Shown in pieces: positions 37,471-47,279 of a stretch of DNA of 64,000 nt. The position numbers were made by a program, and so were the translations under genes. Below the pieces are notes generated by a model. The model was not told the origin of the DNA. It saw only the letters and a program-made list of their open reading frames with translations, and ran no database searches. Source of the stretch: an uncultured Candidatus Poseidoniales archaeon (GTDB lineage: Archaea > Thermoplasmatota > Poseidoniia > Poseidoniales > Thalassarchaeaceae); NCBI GenBank assembly GCA_963968165.1, contig CAXAFE010000002.1, positions 72,244-136,243 on the forward strand, written 5' to 3'. Position 1 is the stretch's first letter. Every line of letters begins with the position of its first letter.

Positions 37471-38667
37471 TTAGCGGTATTGTAATTCTATCACCATAAA
37501 TTTTACATCTGTATTGTGGGTTTCTTCGTTCTTTAAGTCTATAGACCAAGTTCCAGGTTCATATTGCCTTACAGTTGAACCTCCTATTTGTATCCAGACA
37601 CAATAATCGTCTCCACTACAATCACCGGCATCTCGGTTATCATTACCAAGCGAGGTGGTATTAGTTACTGGTTCATCAGTACTGTTGAAAAGATACATGT
37701 CTAATTTGTTATTAGTAGTTCCACCAACACCGCCCAATGGTTGATCATCATCATCTTGCGGATATGTTAATTTTGCTCTCATATATCTTAATCTATCTTT
37801 ATCATCATTATAATTTAGAGGAAATTCCCATTTTAACTCACATGGATCTTCGTTACAAGAGGGTGCGCGTCCCAATACAAAGTCTTTCCAAACTCCTCGA
37901 TAGTTTACATAAACCATAGAATCATCATGATCTATGAAGCCATTATTATCTTCTATGATAAGCCTGATTTCCCATGCACCTGTTGGGACATCTTTCCATT
38001 CAAATGTTTCTCCGGTTGCATCTACATCATTTTCAGTATTGCCGTCACCATCAGAATCGGTGTATGTATCTAAATCCCATTTGTAACTAACAATATATTC
38101 TTCTGCGTAACACTCTGAGTTGTCAGGATTGCATCCGGCCCATGAATTTGACCCATCTAATAATAATGTGGTTGAAACTATGATATCTCTATCATCGATT
38201 TCTTTATCATCCTCACAAACCCAAATCAACACAAAGGATCCAGAAGGGGGTTCTTCATCTTCACAATCATTTTGTTTTTCAGATTTAATTTCTGCATTAG
38301 GTTCTCTTGCATCTGAACCAACCACATTGATTTTTTTAGTCACTGTAGTTTCGTGAACTCCATCGCCGACATTTAATTTTACGGTAAAATCACCTTTATT
38401 CGCATAAGTATGGCTAGTAGTTAAGCCCTGACCGACATTGCCATCTCCGAAATCCCAATCAAATGTCAGAGAATCTCCATCTTCATCTGAAGTTCCTATT
38501 GCGCTAAAGGTTACAGATTCAGTGGCTTTTATTGTTCCCGAAGGATCTATTGTCATCGTAACTGTTGGAGGAGAATTGTCATCAAATATATCAGTACATC
38601 CAGCAAAGAATGGGCAGAATAACAACAGCACAATCAACGAAGCAATGGGGCGGGTGTGCTCCTTCAT
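37471..38667 (-). CDS. Secreted PKD-domain protein, probable lipoprotein
   Basis: Signal peptide ending LLLFCPFFAGC (lipobox-like) and PKD block FDWDFGDGNVGQGLTTSHTYANKGDFTVKLNVGDG. Confidence 0.7.
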   Translation of the reverse strand: MKEHTRPIASLIVLLLFCPFFAGCTDIFDDNSPPTVTMTIDPSGTIKATESVTFSAIGTSDEDGDSLTFDWDFGDGNVGQGLTTSHTYANKGDFTVKLNVGDGVHETTVTKKINVVGSDAREPNAEIKSEKQNDCEDEEPPSGSFVLIWVCEDDKEIDDRDIIVSTTLLLDGSNSWAGCNPDNSECYAEEYIVSYKWDLDTYTDSDGDGNTENDVDATGETFEWKDVPTGAWEIRLIIEDNNGFIDHDDSMVYVNYRGVWKDFVLGRAPSCNEDPCELKWEFPLNYNDDKDRLRYMRAKLTYPQDDDDQPLGGVGGTTNNKLDMYLFNSTDEPVTNTTSLGNDNRDAGDCSGDDYCVWIQIGGSTVRQYEPGTWSIDLKNEETHNTDVKFMVIELQYR

Positions 38668-38738
38668 ACCCTGTCGTATTGATTAAACAAAATTAACCCC
38701 ACGGCCTGAAGTGTGAAATATTTATATAAAATATTAAG

Positions 38739-41357
38739 CTAAAAATCAAATAATGTTTGCTGCCTTGAGCCTGAAAGTAGTTCCTTCTCACTCCAATTGA
38801 ATGCCTCAGTTATCCTACCGAGTGCTTTTGCAAGCCGACCGGCATAATATATTGCGTCATAATCCGGCGCAGGAGCCCCTATTTCATCAACTAACCATGG
38901 CTCTACTTTCATTGGGCTCGCCTTGGCATCGGTCACTATGTAACCTACTTTCATACCTGGGGTGAAAGTTAGGCCTAGTTTTATTCTCTCTTTTGCTGCT
39001 CTGATGTATGGGAGATTTTCGTTAGTATACATATCAAAGGACCATTGATTGTTTTTACTATCCCATCGGCCTTTACAGGACCTGCTTATCACAAGTTTTG
39101 ATGGATCTATTTTTTTTGCCTTAACCTCATCAATTACGTTTTTTGTCATTTCAACAGATGTCCATGATTCATTATCCAATATTAATTCAAACATTTCAGT
39201 CATAGTTTCTCTCAATAATTCAAAGGAATCTGTTCTTCTTACCTCATATCCCCGAATTAGTAATTCTTCCCTCGGCCAAATTACTCTTCCAACATATCTT
39301 TTTTTTGCACCATGGCTAAAAAATGCAGAAAGTGCAGTTTCGAACTCTAATTCTGCACCTTCCTTTGTAAATCTCGATGCGAGTTTTTCACCAAAATCTA
39401 ATGTAGTTTTTTTTGCAATTTCCCAATTTGAAAAGTTTTCATTACTCTCCTTGGGTTTACTAGTAGGAGCATTAGAATCAACTGGCGCCCTAACAAATAT
39501 TGAATCTGTATCTGAATATACAACATCTTTACCCTCTTCTTCAAGTTGCCTTATTATTTCTTTAATATTATATCTTGCCCATTCAGTAATACTAGCGCCA
39601 AGTTTTGGATCTGTAAACCGATAAAAACTAGATGCGAATACTCCATAGAATGAATTCATAAGTATCTTGACCGCATATTGCAGTTGATCTTGTAAGAATG
39701 CTTGCTCTTCATCGCCTGCCTCTTTTGCATCTCTAAAAGCAGCTTTGTATTGGTCTCTGCTCTTCATAAGATGATGTAATAATTGTGGGACTAAGCCTTT
39801 TCGAATCTCCTTTGAAACATATCTAGTCTCCGTAATGGGTGAAATATTATCAGATTCATGATTTCTTTTTTCATCTCTTACTAATGTTGTAGAACATATA
39901 TTATTAGAAATCATAATAGATGGGTACATCGATTTGAAATCTAGTACTGTTATCCATGGACGCATTCCCGCTTCAACTTCATGTACATAGCCACCGGCTA
40001 TTTGATTCCTCTTTCTAGGTCCTGATTTGGTCATAGGAACTGCAATATTTGAACGATCTGCTAGTCTAATCACAAGAGAATCTATCCACCAACTTGTTGT
40101 AGCTGTTGCTGCTATATTGACCGTTGTCATAGCAACAGATGCCAAGGCTTCTTTTCGTCCTATAGCCTGTAGTTGATTTAGAATATCTATGGGAATAATC
40201 GTATCTCTAACGCAATACTCCATAACTTCGTCTGGTCTATTTGCCCATTCCATATCCATTTGGCTAGAGTCGATATCTAGTTTATGCATCTCTTCATCAT
40301 TTGGCCATAATAACTGAGAGACATATCTTAGTGATTCCCTTTGGGGCCTAAGTGTCTGACGTGCTTGCCACCATGCATCTAATGGTATACGCCCTGGAAT
40401 TCGCCAAACCCTATTTTGCTGTCGAGCGGGTAAAAGTCTTTTATATTCAGTTTCAATTAGTGGAACTCTGCCCCAACCATTAAGCATCATTGAATCCATT
40501 TTTCTCTTTTTTGATAGAGCGAAGCAGCGTTCTTCCATCCTGGGTAAATCGAAGTTATCAATATTATATCCTGTAATTATATCTGGATCTTCATGTCTTA
40601 TTAGATTTGTCAGGCCTTCCATAATAGATTTTTCATCGCCTCTAAATTTGTGTTCAGTTCTTTTTTTATTTCTTTCAATAACAGCAGCAGCACATAATAT
40701 TTCATTTGTGGCTATACTAGTTTCTAAATCAAATGAAAAAGTTACAAACGGCGTGGTAAAAGGTTTAGTTTTTTTTAAATTATCATAATTACAAGAGACT
40801 ACCATATCAACAGGATAAATTCCTGCCCCTCCAACCTTCCTAATTGCCGAATCGGCAATTTTAGTATTGGAATTATTATCATTTTTTATTGCATTTGGTG
40901 CTCTACTTCCTGCCCATAATATGTCTCCTTCAACTTTGATATGAGGGCCTAAGTCACAATCCAAAAGTAGTCGTTGAACAAACAAAATATCTGCACTTGT
41001 AACACCCCAACCAATTTTTTTAAGTTTCTCTCTGACATTTCGAACGAAACGTGTATCTTTTATGTAAACTCTCCAAAATGGCTTTATTTCTCCTTCAAAT
41101 AATTTATCTTCTATCTTTTCCGGAGGTCCATAAATTTCTTTTATGTATTCTAGATCTCCTAACATCAAAGAAAAATTTTTAGAATTAAATTTAGGATTAA
41201 ATATCTCTAGATAGGGGCGTAATCCATTTACCAATAATAAAACGGAATGACCATTTTTAGAACGGCACCATAACTCAATTACTGTTTTTGGAATATCCTG
41301 CTCTTCCCAACTTCTATTATCTCCAGAGATAATGCATAGCTCATCCTGCCACCCCAT
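38739..41357 (-). CDS. polB: Family B DNA polymerase (PolB)
   Basis: Exo I FSFDLETS, Pol motif C VVYSDTDSIFV, and a KxxxNSxYG-like motif A region ILMNSFYGVFAS. Confidence 0.9.
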   Translation of the reverse strand: MGWQDELCIISGDNRSWEEQDIPKTVIELWCRSKNGHSVLLLVNGLRPYLEIFNPKFNSKNFSLMLGDLEYIKEIYGPPEKIEDKLFEGEIKPFWRVYIKDTRFVRNVREKLKKIGWGVTSADILFVQRLLLDCDLGPHIKVEGDILWAGSRAPNAIKNDNNSNTKIADSAIRKVGGAGIYPVDMVVSCNYDNLKKTKPFTTPFVTFSFDLETSIATNEILCAAAVIERNKKRTEHKFRGDEKSIMEGLTNLIRHEDPDIITGYNIDNFDLPRMEERCFALSKKRKMDSMMLNGWGRVPLIETEYKRLLPARQQNRVWRIPGRIPLDAWWQARQTLRPQRESLRYVSQLLWPNDEEMHKLDIDSSQMDMEWANRPDEVMEYCVRDTIIPIDILNQLQAIGRKEALASVAMTTVNIAATATTSWWIDSLVIRLADRSNIAVPMTKSGPRKRNQIAGGYVHEVEAGMRPWITVLDFKSMYPSIMISNNICSTTLVRDEKRNHESDNISPITETRYVSKEIRKGLVPQLLHHLMKSRDQYKAAFRDAKEAGDEEQAFLQDQLQYAVKILMNSFYGVFASSFYRFTDPKLGASITEWARYNIKEIIRQLEEEGKDVVYSDTDSIFVRAPVDSNAPTSKPKESNENFSNWEIAKKTTLDFGEKLASRFTKEGAELEFETALSAFFSHGAKKRYVGRVIWPREELLIRGYEVRRTDSFELLRETMTEMFELILDNESWTSVEMTKNVIDEVKAKKIDPSKLVISRSCKGRWDSKNNQWSFDMYTNENLPYIRAAKERIKLGLTFTPGMKVGYIVTDAKASPMKVEPWLVDEIGAPAPDYDAIYYAGRLAKALGRITEAFNWSEKELLSGSRQQTLFDF

Positions 41358-41468
41358 GGTTCCACTTTGTAATTAGGGGTGACTTATTGATATTCAATTT
41401 ATGTATCACATAAAGACAAATATTCGATATAAGTGCATATCGATAGGAATTATTGAAAACACATTGCG

Positions 41469-42527
41469 TTGCGGTTATACAATAGGAGTCACCAGAGAAT
41501 GGAAAAAAATATTTCTGCCATAGATTGGGATAATCTCACTTTCAGTTTTAGAGAGACGGATAAAATGTATATTTCTACATGTAAGCAGGGTGAAGAATGG
41601 ACTTTAGGAAAGATTCAAGATTTTCAAAATTTAAGTTTATCTCCAGCAGCAGGAGTGATAAATTATGGTCAAGGATTATTTGAAGGAATGAAGGCATATC
41701 GGACTGTAGATGGAAAAATTGTTCTATTTAGACCTAAAGAAAATGCTAAGAGAATGCAAATAGGGGCTCGCAGACTTGGTATGCCTGAAGTCCCTGAAAA
41801 AATTTTTTTAGATGCAGTCATAAAAACTGTTCAAGAAAATTCGAGGTGGATCCCTCCATTCGGAAAAGGGACCCTGTATATTCGCCCACTTTTAATGGGA
41901 AGTGGTCCTATCTTAGGAGTATCTCCTGCGCCCGAATATACCTTCCTAGTTTACGTATCTCCTGTTGGACCATATTTTAAAGGAGGGTTAAAACCAACCT
42001 CTTTAAAAATATCAGAAAAACACCATAGAGCAGCTCCTGGTGGGTCCGGAGGAGTAAAGGCCATTGGAAATTATGCCCCTGGAATGGTGCCCTCGCAAAA
42101 TGCAAAGAAGGATGGATTCGCAGAAATAATATACCTTGATGCTGTAAATCATAAGTATATCGAAGAAGTTGGTGCTGCAAACTTTTTTTGTGTAAAAGAT
42201 AGAGTTGTGTATACTCCGGAGTTGACAGGAACTATATTAGGAGGAATTACAAGATTATCAATAATAGAGTTGGCTAGATCAAAGGGGTATGAAGTTATAG
42301 AAGAAAAAATAAATGTTGAGTTTGCTCTAACTGCAGATGAGTGTTTCTGTGCTGGAACCGCAGCTGTTGTTTCTTCTATAGGCTCAATAAAACATGGGGA
42401 GAAAGTTGTTGAATATTCTAATGGAGGAATAGGAGAAGTAACTAGAGATATTTATGACAGTCTTGTATCGATACAGAATAGAGTATCTGAAGATACCTTT
42501 GGTTGGATGATGGAAATTAAAATTTAA
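41469..42527 (+). CDS. ilvE: Branched-chain amino acid aminotransferase (fold type IV)
   Basis: PLP-lysine region GGVKAIGNYAPGM and the EVGAANFF block. Confidence 0.8.
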   Translation: MRLYNRSHQRMEKNISAIDWDNLTFSFRETDKMYISTCKQGEEWTLGKIQDFQNLSLSPAAGVINYGQGLFEGMKAYRTVDGKIVLFRPKENAKRMQIGARRLGMPEVPEKIFLDAVIKTVQENSRWIPPFGKGTLYIRPLLMGSGPILGVSPAPEYTFLVYVSPVGPYFKGGLKPTSLKISEKHHRAAPGGSGGVKAIGNYAPGMVPSQNAKKDGFAEIIYLDAVNHKYIEEVGAANFFCVKDRVVYTPELTGTILGGITRLSIIELARSKGYEVIEEKINVEFALTADECFCAGTAAVVSSIGSIKHGEKVVEYSNGGIGEVTRDIYDSLVSIQNRVSEDTFGWMMEIKI

Positions 42528-42961
42528 CGCCCAAATTTATTCCTACGGCTTGAAGATTTAGACTTATTTTTAAATGATTTTCTTTGTGAAGATTTACTTC
42601 TTTTAATTGTTTTATTATCGGCTGTAGAACTATTATCGGACTTAGAGTGCATATAATTTTTCCTCAGCCTCAAACCGATTGATTGTAAAACACCTTCTTT
42701 ACTTTCAGCGTTAGTAGATTCCAATGCATCTTTTGTCGACAATATTAGCATACCTTCTTTTGAAAATGGTCGAGAGGGATGTTTTGCATCTTCTTCTCGT
42801 TTCATTTTACTTATTCCAGCATCCCTTGCAGCCCAAATTATTGCATCTAAGGTAGGATTAGGAATACTGGCCTCTTTTGGGACTCTTCGACCAGAAGAAC
42901 GAGTGAGTTTAGAATCGAAATATCGAGTCCAAATCTTAATTTTCCGGGGATCGCGAGTCAT
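42524..42961 (-). CDS. srp19: Signal recognition particle protein SRP19 with Lys/Ser-rich C-terminal tail
   Basis: KIKIWTRYFDSKLTRSSGRRVPK matches the SRP19 signature (IWPxYFDSxxSRxEGRRVPK). About 50 extra basic residues at the C-terminus. Confidence 0.8.
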   Translation of the reverse strand: MTRDPRKIKIWTRYFDSKLTRSSGRRVPKEASIPNPTLDAIIWAARDAGISKMKREEDAKHPSRPFSKEGMLILSTKDALESTNAESKEGVLQSIGLRLRKNYMHSKSDNSSTADNKTIKRSKSSQRKSFKNKSKSSSRRNKFGR

Positions 42962-43010
42962 GTCTTCACATACCTCTTCGGGTAGGATTGATTTTAGTAT
43001 TTTGTAAAGA

Positions 43011-43406
43011 TTAGTCTTCTAATAGAATTCCGCTCACAACACCATGCATACCTGGGCGGCTAGTAACTTTAACTTGGCCGATATCGGTCTCAACTATAGC
43101 GCCTTTAGTAACAATATTTCTACGAACATAGTTAGTATCTGCATCATTTTTCACAACATTATTTATCTTGGCGCGAACAGTCTTACCTTCTTTTGGTTTG
43201 TTAACATTAATACTACTAACAGAAAGTACACGAACAGTCTGAATTCCTGCTGTTTTACGATATATTTTACGTGCATCAGTGTCACCTACAAAAGCAAACT
43301 GATTCTCACTCGAAATCTCTGTCTTTCGCTTTCCTCGATACCTACTTGGGCGCTTCAAACGTCCGCCACTTGGTTTACGACGAGATATGCCATGCCACTT
43401 TGCCAT
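43011..43406 (-). CDS. rps8e: 30S ribosomal protein S8e
   Basis: N-terminus MAKWHGISRRKPSGGRLKRPSRYRGKRK is typical of S8e. 131 aa. Confidence 0.8.
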   Translation of the reverse strand: MAKWHGISRRKPSGGRLKRPSRYRGKRKTEISSENQFAFVGDTDARKIYRKTAGIQTVRVLSVSSINVNKPKEGKTVRAKINNVVKNDADTNYVRRNIVTKGAIVETDIGQVKVTSRPGMHGVVSGILLED

Positions 43407-43508
43407 CCTCCCGCCGACCGTCCCCCCTTATTTCAATAGATTGGCAAAACCATATTTTGATTAAATGGAAAAAGATATCTTATTCTGTCATGATTTATAC
43501 GATAGCTT

Positions 43509-44012
43509 GTGAGTGAGAAGAGGTTGAGGCGCCGTACTCCTGTAAGGTATAAACAGGTTAGAAGAATAATAGAGGAAATATCAGCAAATATTGGTATGAA
43601 TATCGATATTTCTTCAAATTTTTTAGAGAGTGCTCATTTTGATGGAAAAGATGTCTTGTTGGTAGATAGGAAAATATTAGCATTTTTAATTAAAACAGAA
43701 AATGATAGAATATGGTTTCCAACAATCCGAGGTATTTTACAGTGGATGCCTGTAAATAAATGGGCAGCCGTTGATCACGGTGCTATACCTTTTTTGATGA
43801 ATGGAGCAGATTGCATGGGGGCTGGCGTACACCTCGCGGATGATTCTATTCGAAAAAATGATATGATTTGGATAAAAGATCAACAACATGGTAAACCTCT
43901 TGCAATAGGAATCGCAGTCATAGATGGATTAGACATGGTAAACATGACACAAGGGAAAGCAATAGAAACCATACATTGGATTGGGGATGAACTTTGGGAA
44001 TTAGAAACATAA
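43509..44012 (+). CDS. PUA-domain protein (Tma20/MCT-1-like, DUF1947+PUA architecture)
   Basis: PUA block AIPFLMNGADCMGAGVHLADD. Start uncertain (basic N-terminal leader). Confidence 0.55.
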   Translation: MSEKRLRRRTPVRYKQVRRIIEEISANIGMNIDISSNFLESAHFDGKDVLLVDRKILAFLIKTENDRIWFPTIRGILQWMPVNKWAAVDHGAIPFLMNGADCMGAGVHLADDSIRKNDMIWIKDQQHGKPLAIGIAVIDGLDMVNMTQGKAIETIHWIGDELWELET

Positions 44013-44051
44013 ATCAAGAGGTTTAATTTGTGACGATGATGGGCGCTACAT

Positions 44052-44615
44052 ATGAACAAACCAATGGCCATTCTTTTTATTTTAATGGTCTTACAATCAG
44101 TAACAGGATCAAGTGGAGGCATAAATCAAAATATTGATATTCAGGGTACAGGAATCGCAAGTTTAGAATATGAGGATTTTGTTATTGAGTCTAATGATTT
44201 TGATATCACAGTAATTTTAGATAATGAGACTGCTAAAAATGGTACTTCAGTTACTATTGTAACTCAAATTTGTATAAATTCTGGAGTATGTTATCCTCCT
44301 GAAGATAATGATTTGATATCATCAGAAGATAGGAAATTTTGGAATGGGTCAATAGAAGTTAATGAAGATGCCAGTTATTTGAACTGGCGGATTAAGATGA
44401 TTTTTAGCGACGGTAATGAAACTAATATTCCTGAGAATGGGTTTGGATGGAAGGTTTGGTCAACTTGTTGGTTTGATGGAGTTTCTTGGGGAGGTTCTGA
44501 CGAGTCATGTAATTCTAGTGTTGAAGATTCATCCCTTTCTGGTTTTGGAATACTAATTACAATTTCAGCAGCATTTATCGCTGTAGTTGTAACAAGGCAT
44601 AGAAGAGGTTTATGA
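44052..44615 (+). CDS. Surface protein with N-terminal signal peptide and C-terminal membrane anchor (PGF-CTERM-like)
   Basis: N-terminus MNKPMAILFILMVLQSVTGSSG; C-terminus LSGFGILITISAAFIAVVVTRHRRGL. Confidence 0.5.
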   Translation: MNKPMAILFILMVLQSVTGSSGGINQNIDIQGTGIASLEYEDFVIESNDFDITVILDNETAKNGTSVTIVTQICINSGVCYPPEDNDLISSEDRKFWNGSIEVNEDASYLNWRIKMIFSDGNETNIPENGFGWKVWSTCWFDGVSWGGSDESCNSSVEDSSLSGFGILITISAAFIAVVVTRHRRGL

Positions 44616-44616
44616 T

Positions 44617-45291
44617 ATGTATAACAACAAACCTGATTTTATTAATTTAGATTTTAAAGAGTTTTCTTTGACAGAAATGGAGGATAGAGCTAATGCATTT
44701 TTTTCTTTAATGAATAATAGACGCACAACAAGGCACTTTTCAAAAAAAAGGGTTAGTCGAGAATTAATAAAAACAGCAATAAAAACAGCAAGTACTGCTC
44801 CTTCAGGGGCCCATTTGCAGCCTTGGACATTTGTTGCAGTATCGAATGAAGACTTGAAAACTAGAATTCGTGAGGCATCTGAAAAAGAAGAACGGAGAAC
44901 ATATGAAGATAGGATGCCAGAATCATGGTCAGAATTACTAAGGCCATTGGGGACAGATTACATCAAAGAACATATTTCTGATGCTCCATGGGTAATTATT
45001 GTATTTAGGCAGACAAAACGTCAAAGAAAAAATTTAGAATGGAGTCCCACGTATTATTCACAAGAATCTTGTGGAATAGCGATTGGATTATTTATTGCTG
45101 CGATTCATAATATGGGTCTCGTTACGTTAACTCATACTCCTTCTCCAATGGGATTTCTACGAGAGATATTAGGTCGACCAGATCATGAACATGCCATGTT
45201 GCTTATGCCCGTTGGCTATCCTGAAGATGGTGCTAAAGTACCAAATATAGCCCGTAAAGATATGGCTGAAGTAATAAAATGGAAGGAATAA
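44617..45291 (+). CDS. Nitroreductase-family flavoprotein
   Basis: NRRTTRHFSKKRVSRELIKTAIKTASTAPSGAHLQPW is the RRSxRxF plus SxxNxQPW nitroreductase pattern. Confidence 0.7.
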   Translation: MYNNKPDFINLDFKEFSLTEMEDRANAFFSLMNNRRTTRHFSKKRVSRELIKTAIKTASTAPSGAHLQPWTFVAVSNEDLKTRIREASEKEERRTYEDRMPESWSELLRPLGTDYIKEHISDAPWVIIVFRQTKRQRKNLEWSPTYYSQESCGIAIGLFIAAIHNMGLVTLTHTPSPMGFLREILGRPDHEHAMLLMPVGYPEDGAKVPNIARKDMAEVIKWKE

Positions 45292-45294
45292 AGA

Positions 45295-46263
45295 CTATTC
45301 GCTAGTTTTTGGTGGTGCAAAAAATACTAATGCAATTCCTGAAATTATAATTAAAAAACCACCGATTATATTTGTCGTTGTTAATAACTCATCGAAAATT
45401 AAATAGCCATATAGTGTAGCAATTATTACTGTTAGATAGGAAAAGGCACTAACCCACGCAGCATTCGCTTTATGATAAGCCATTGTTATTCCTATCTGGC
45501 CACCACCAGCTCCAATTCCGACTCCAACCAATGCCAATCCTATTTTGGGTGTTAAATTCACCATATCTGGTGAGGCCTGAATTATTGATCCTAAAATAGA
45601 AAATATTGCAAACCAAAATACAACACTTACAGGTGAGTCGGTTTGTTTCAATTTTCTTATGTAAATATATGCTAATGCAGCAAAAAAACCTGATCCAAGG
45701 GCTAATAAAGCGTCAGGTTCAATATTTTCTGTATTTGGTGAAACTACCAAAATTATACCAATAAAAGAAGTAATAAGTAAAGCAAATACAGAAGTAGAGA
45801 CTTTTTCCCTAATTATACGACCTGATAGAATTGCAACGAATAATGGTGCGGTATATTGTAACGTTACTGCTTGACCAATTGGAATTCTTGCAAGTGCTGA
45901 AAAATATAAAATCATTGCAATTAATCCGGATAAACATCTAAAAAACATAGTTTTTTTATCTCTAGGAATTAAAGTAATATTATTGATATTGGCAACGATT
46001 GCGACAAAGAATGCGATTACGGCTGATCTCACGAAAATTAGCATCCAAACATCGGCATATTCAGATGTCCATTTGACTAGAGCATTCATTGATCCAAAAC
46101 AGATACTTCCAAAAATCATCCAAGAAACAGCAGCCTTTGGTGAGTCTTTGGAGTTTAACTCATGGTTCACGAATCCTGAAAGATTAGGTGTATCTTCTGC
46201 TAGGTTAGCCATAGAATTCAAGCCTCTGCCTAGTCTTTTCTTTGTCATTAGATTAATCCCCAA
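45295..46263 (-). CDS. EamA/DMT-superfamily transporter (10 TM)
   Basis: Two repeated 5-TM halves, hydrophobic throughout. 16-nt overlap with the upstream parA. Confidence 0.65.
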   Translation of the reverse strand: MGINLMTKKRLGRGLNSMANLAEDTPNLSGFVNHELNSKDSPKAAVSWMIFGSICFGSMNALVKWTSEYADVWMLIFVRSAVIAFFVAIVANINNITLIPRDKKTMFFRCLSGLIAMILYFSALARIPIGQAVTLQYTAPLFVAILSGRIIREKVSTSVFALLITSFIGIILVVSPNTENIEPDALLALGSGFFAALAYIYIRKLKQTDSPVSVVFWFAIFSILGSIIQASPDMVNLTPKIGLALVGVGIGAGGGQIGITMAYHKANAAWVSAFSYLTVIIATLYGYLIFDELLTTTNIIGGFLIIISGIALVFFAPPKTSE

Positions 46264-47201
46264 CGTTTTTCTAGAACTGATGTTACTTTTTGATAATCTT
46301 GACCACCAGCGCTTTTTGGATCATATAGATGAATCGGGATACCATGACTAGGCGCTTCTGCGAGCTTGATGTTTCTTCTAATTGCAGGACGAACTATCAA
46401 TTCGGGGAAGTAATCTAAAACCTCATTAGCAACTTGTTGATTTAGTAATGTCGAGGAATGCATTGTCAGCAAGACTCCATCCACTCCTAATCTTGGATTT
46501 AGTAGATTTCTGACTTCTTTTATTGTACCTGATAATAACGCAAGTCCTTCCAAGGCAAAGTATTCAGTCTGTACTGGTATCAATAATCCATCACTTGCAA
46601 CTAAGGCATTAATAGTAACTAATCCTAAAGAGGGGGGTGTGTCAATAAAGATAACATCATAATGTGGTAGTAATGGATTCAATGCTTCAACTAGTCTTCT
46701 TTCTCTACCTAATTGTCTGAGCATTTCTTGTTCTAAGCCTATAAGATTCTTATCTCCAACGATTATATGTAATCCATCAACTGCAGTTGCATGCCTCGCA
46801 CTAATAGCTGTTTCAGGATTTAATATTAAGTCCCTGGTAGTTTCCTTTACTTTGCTCTTGTCGACACCTAAACCTGTCGCACAGTTACCTTGCGAATCGG
46901 AGTCTATAACAAGTATATTATACCCCCTTAATGCTAACTGTGCTGCTATATTTATGACAGTTGTAGTTTTGCCAACTCCACCTTTTTGATTGATTACAGT
47001 AACTATCCTAGCCCTACCTTTTGGAGTGGTCAAGGATTTAGGTAAATTTAGAGCATCGTCTGTCTTTGTTGTTTGAACATCCTCATAGGAATCAGTAGTA
47101 AGTACATGGTCGTTATCTTCGGTTTCAGTAAATTCAATATCTATAATGAGAGGTGCTTCATCGACCTCTGGGAGATTTTTTTTATTTTCAGTTTTCTCCA
47201 T
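46248..47201 (-). CDS. ParA-family ATPase with ~60 aa acidic N-terminal extension
   Basis: RIVTVINQKGGVGKTTTVINIAAQLA is a deviant Walker A with the signature Lys. C-terminal ParA blocks. Confidence 0.85.
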   Translation of the reverse strand: MEKTENKKNLPEVDEAPLIIDIEFTETEDNDHVLTTDSYEDVQTTKTDDALNLPKSLTTPKGRARIVTVINQKGGVGKTTTVINIAAQLALRGYNILVIDSDSQGNCATGLGVDKSKVKETTRDLILNPETAISARHATAVDGLHIIVGDKNLIGLEQEMLRQLGRERRLVEALNPLLPHYDVIFIDTPPSLGLVTINALVASDGLLIPVQTEYFALEGLALLSGTIKEVRNLLNPRLGVDGVLLTMHSSTLLNQQVANEVLDYFPELIVRPAIRRNIKLAEAPSHGIPIHLYDPKSAGGQDYQKVTSVLEKRWGLI

Positions 47202-47279
47202 GAGTATACGACGCGTAGGAAGATGTTGAATATGCCGGAGATAATACAGTCGAATAATGACAATGATATACGATTGGGT

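Noticed and set aside
41358-41468. 7-bp inverted repeat ggtgact / agtcacc in the PolB-ilvE divergent intergenic region
   Set aside because: The arms are about 100 nt apart and short. This is indistinguishable from chance.
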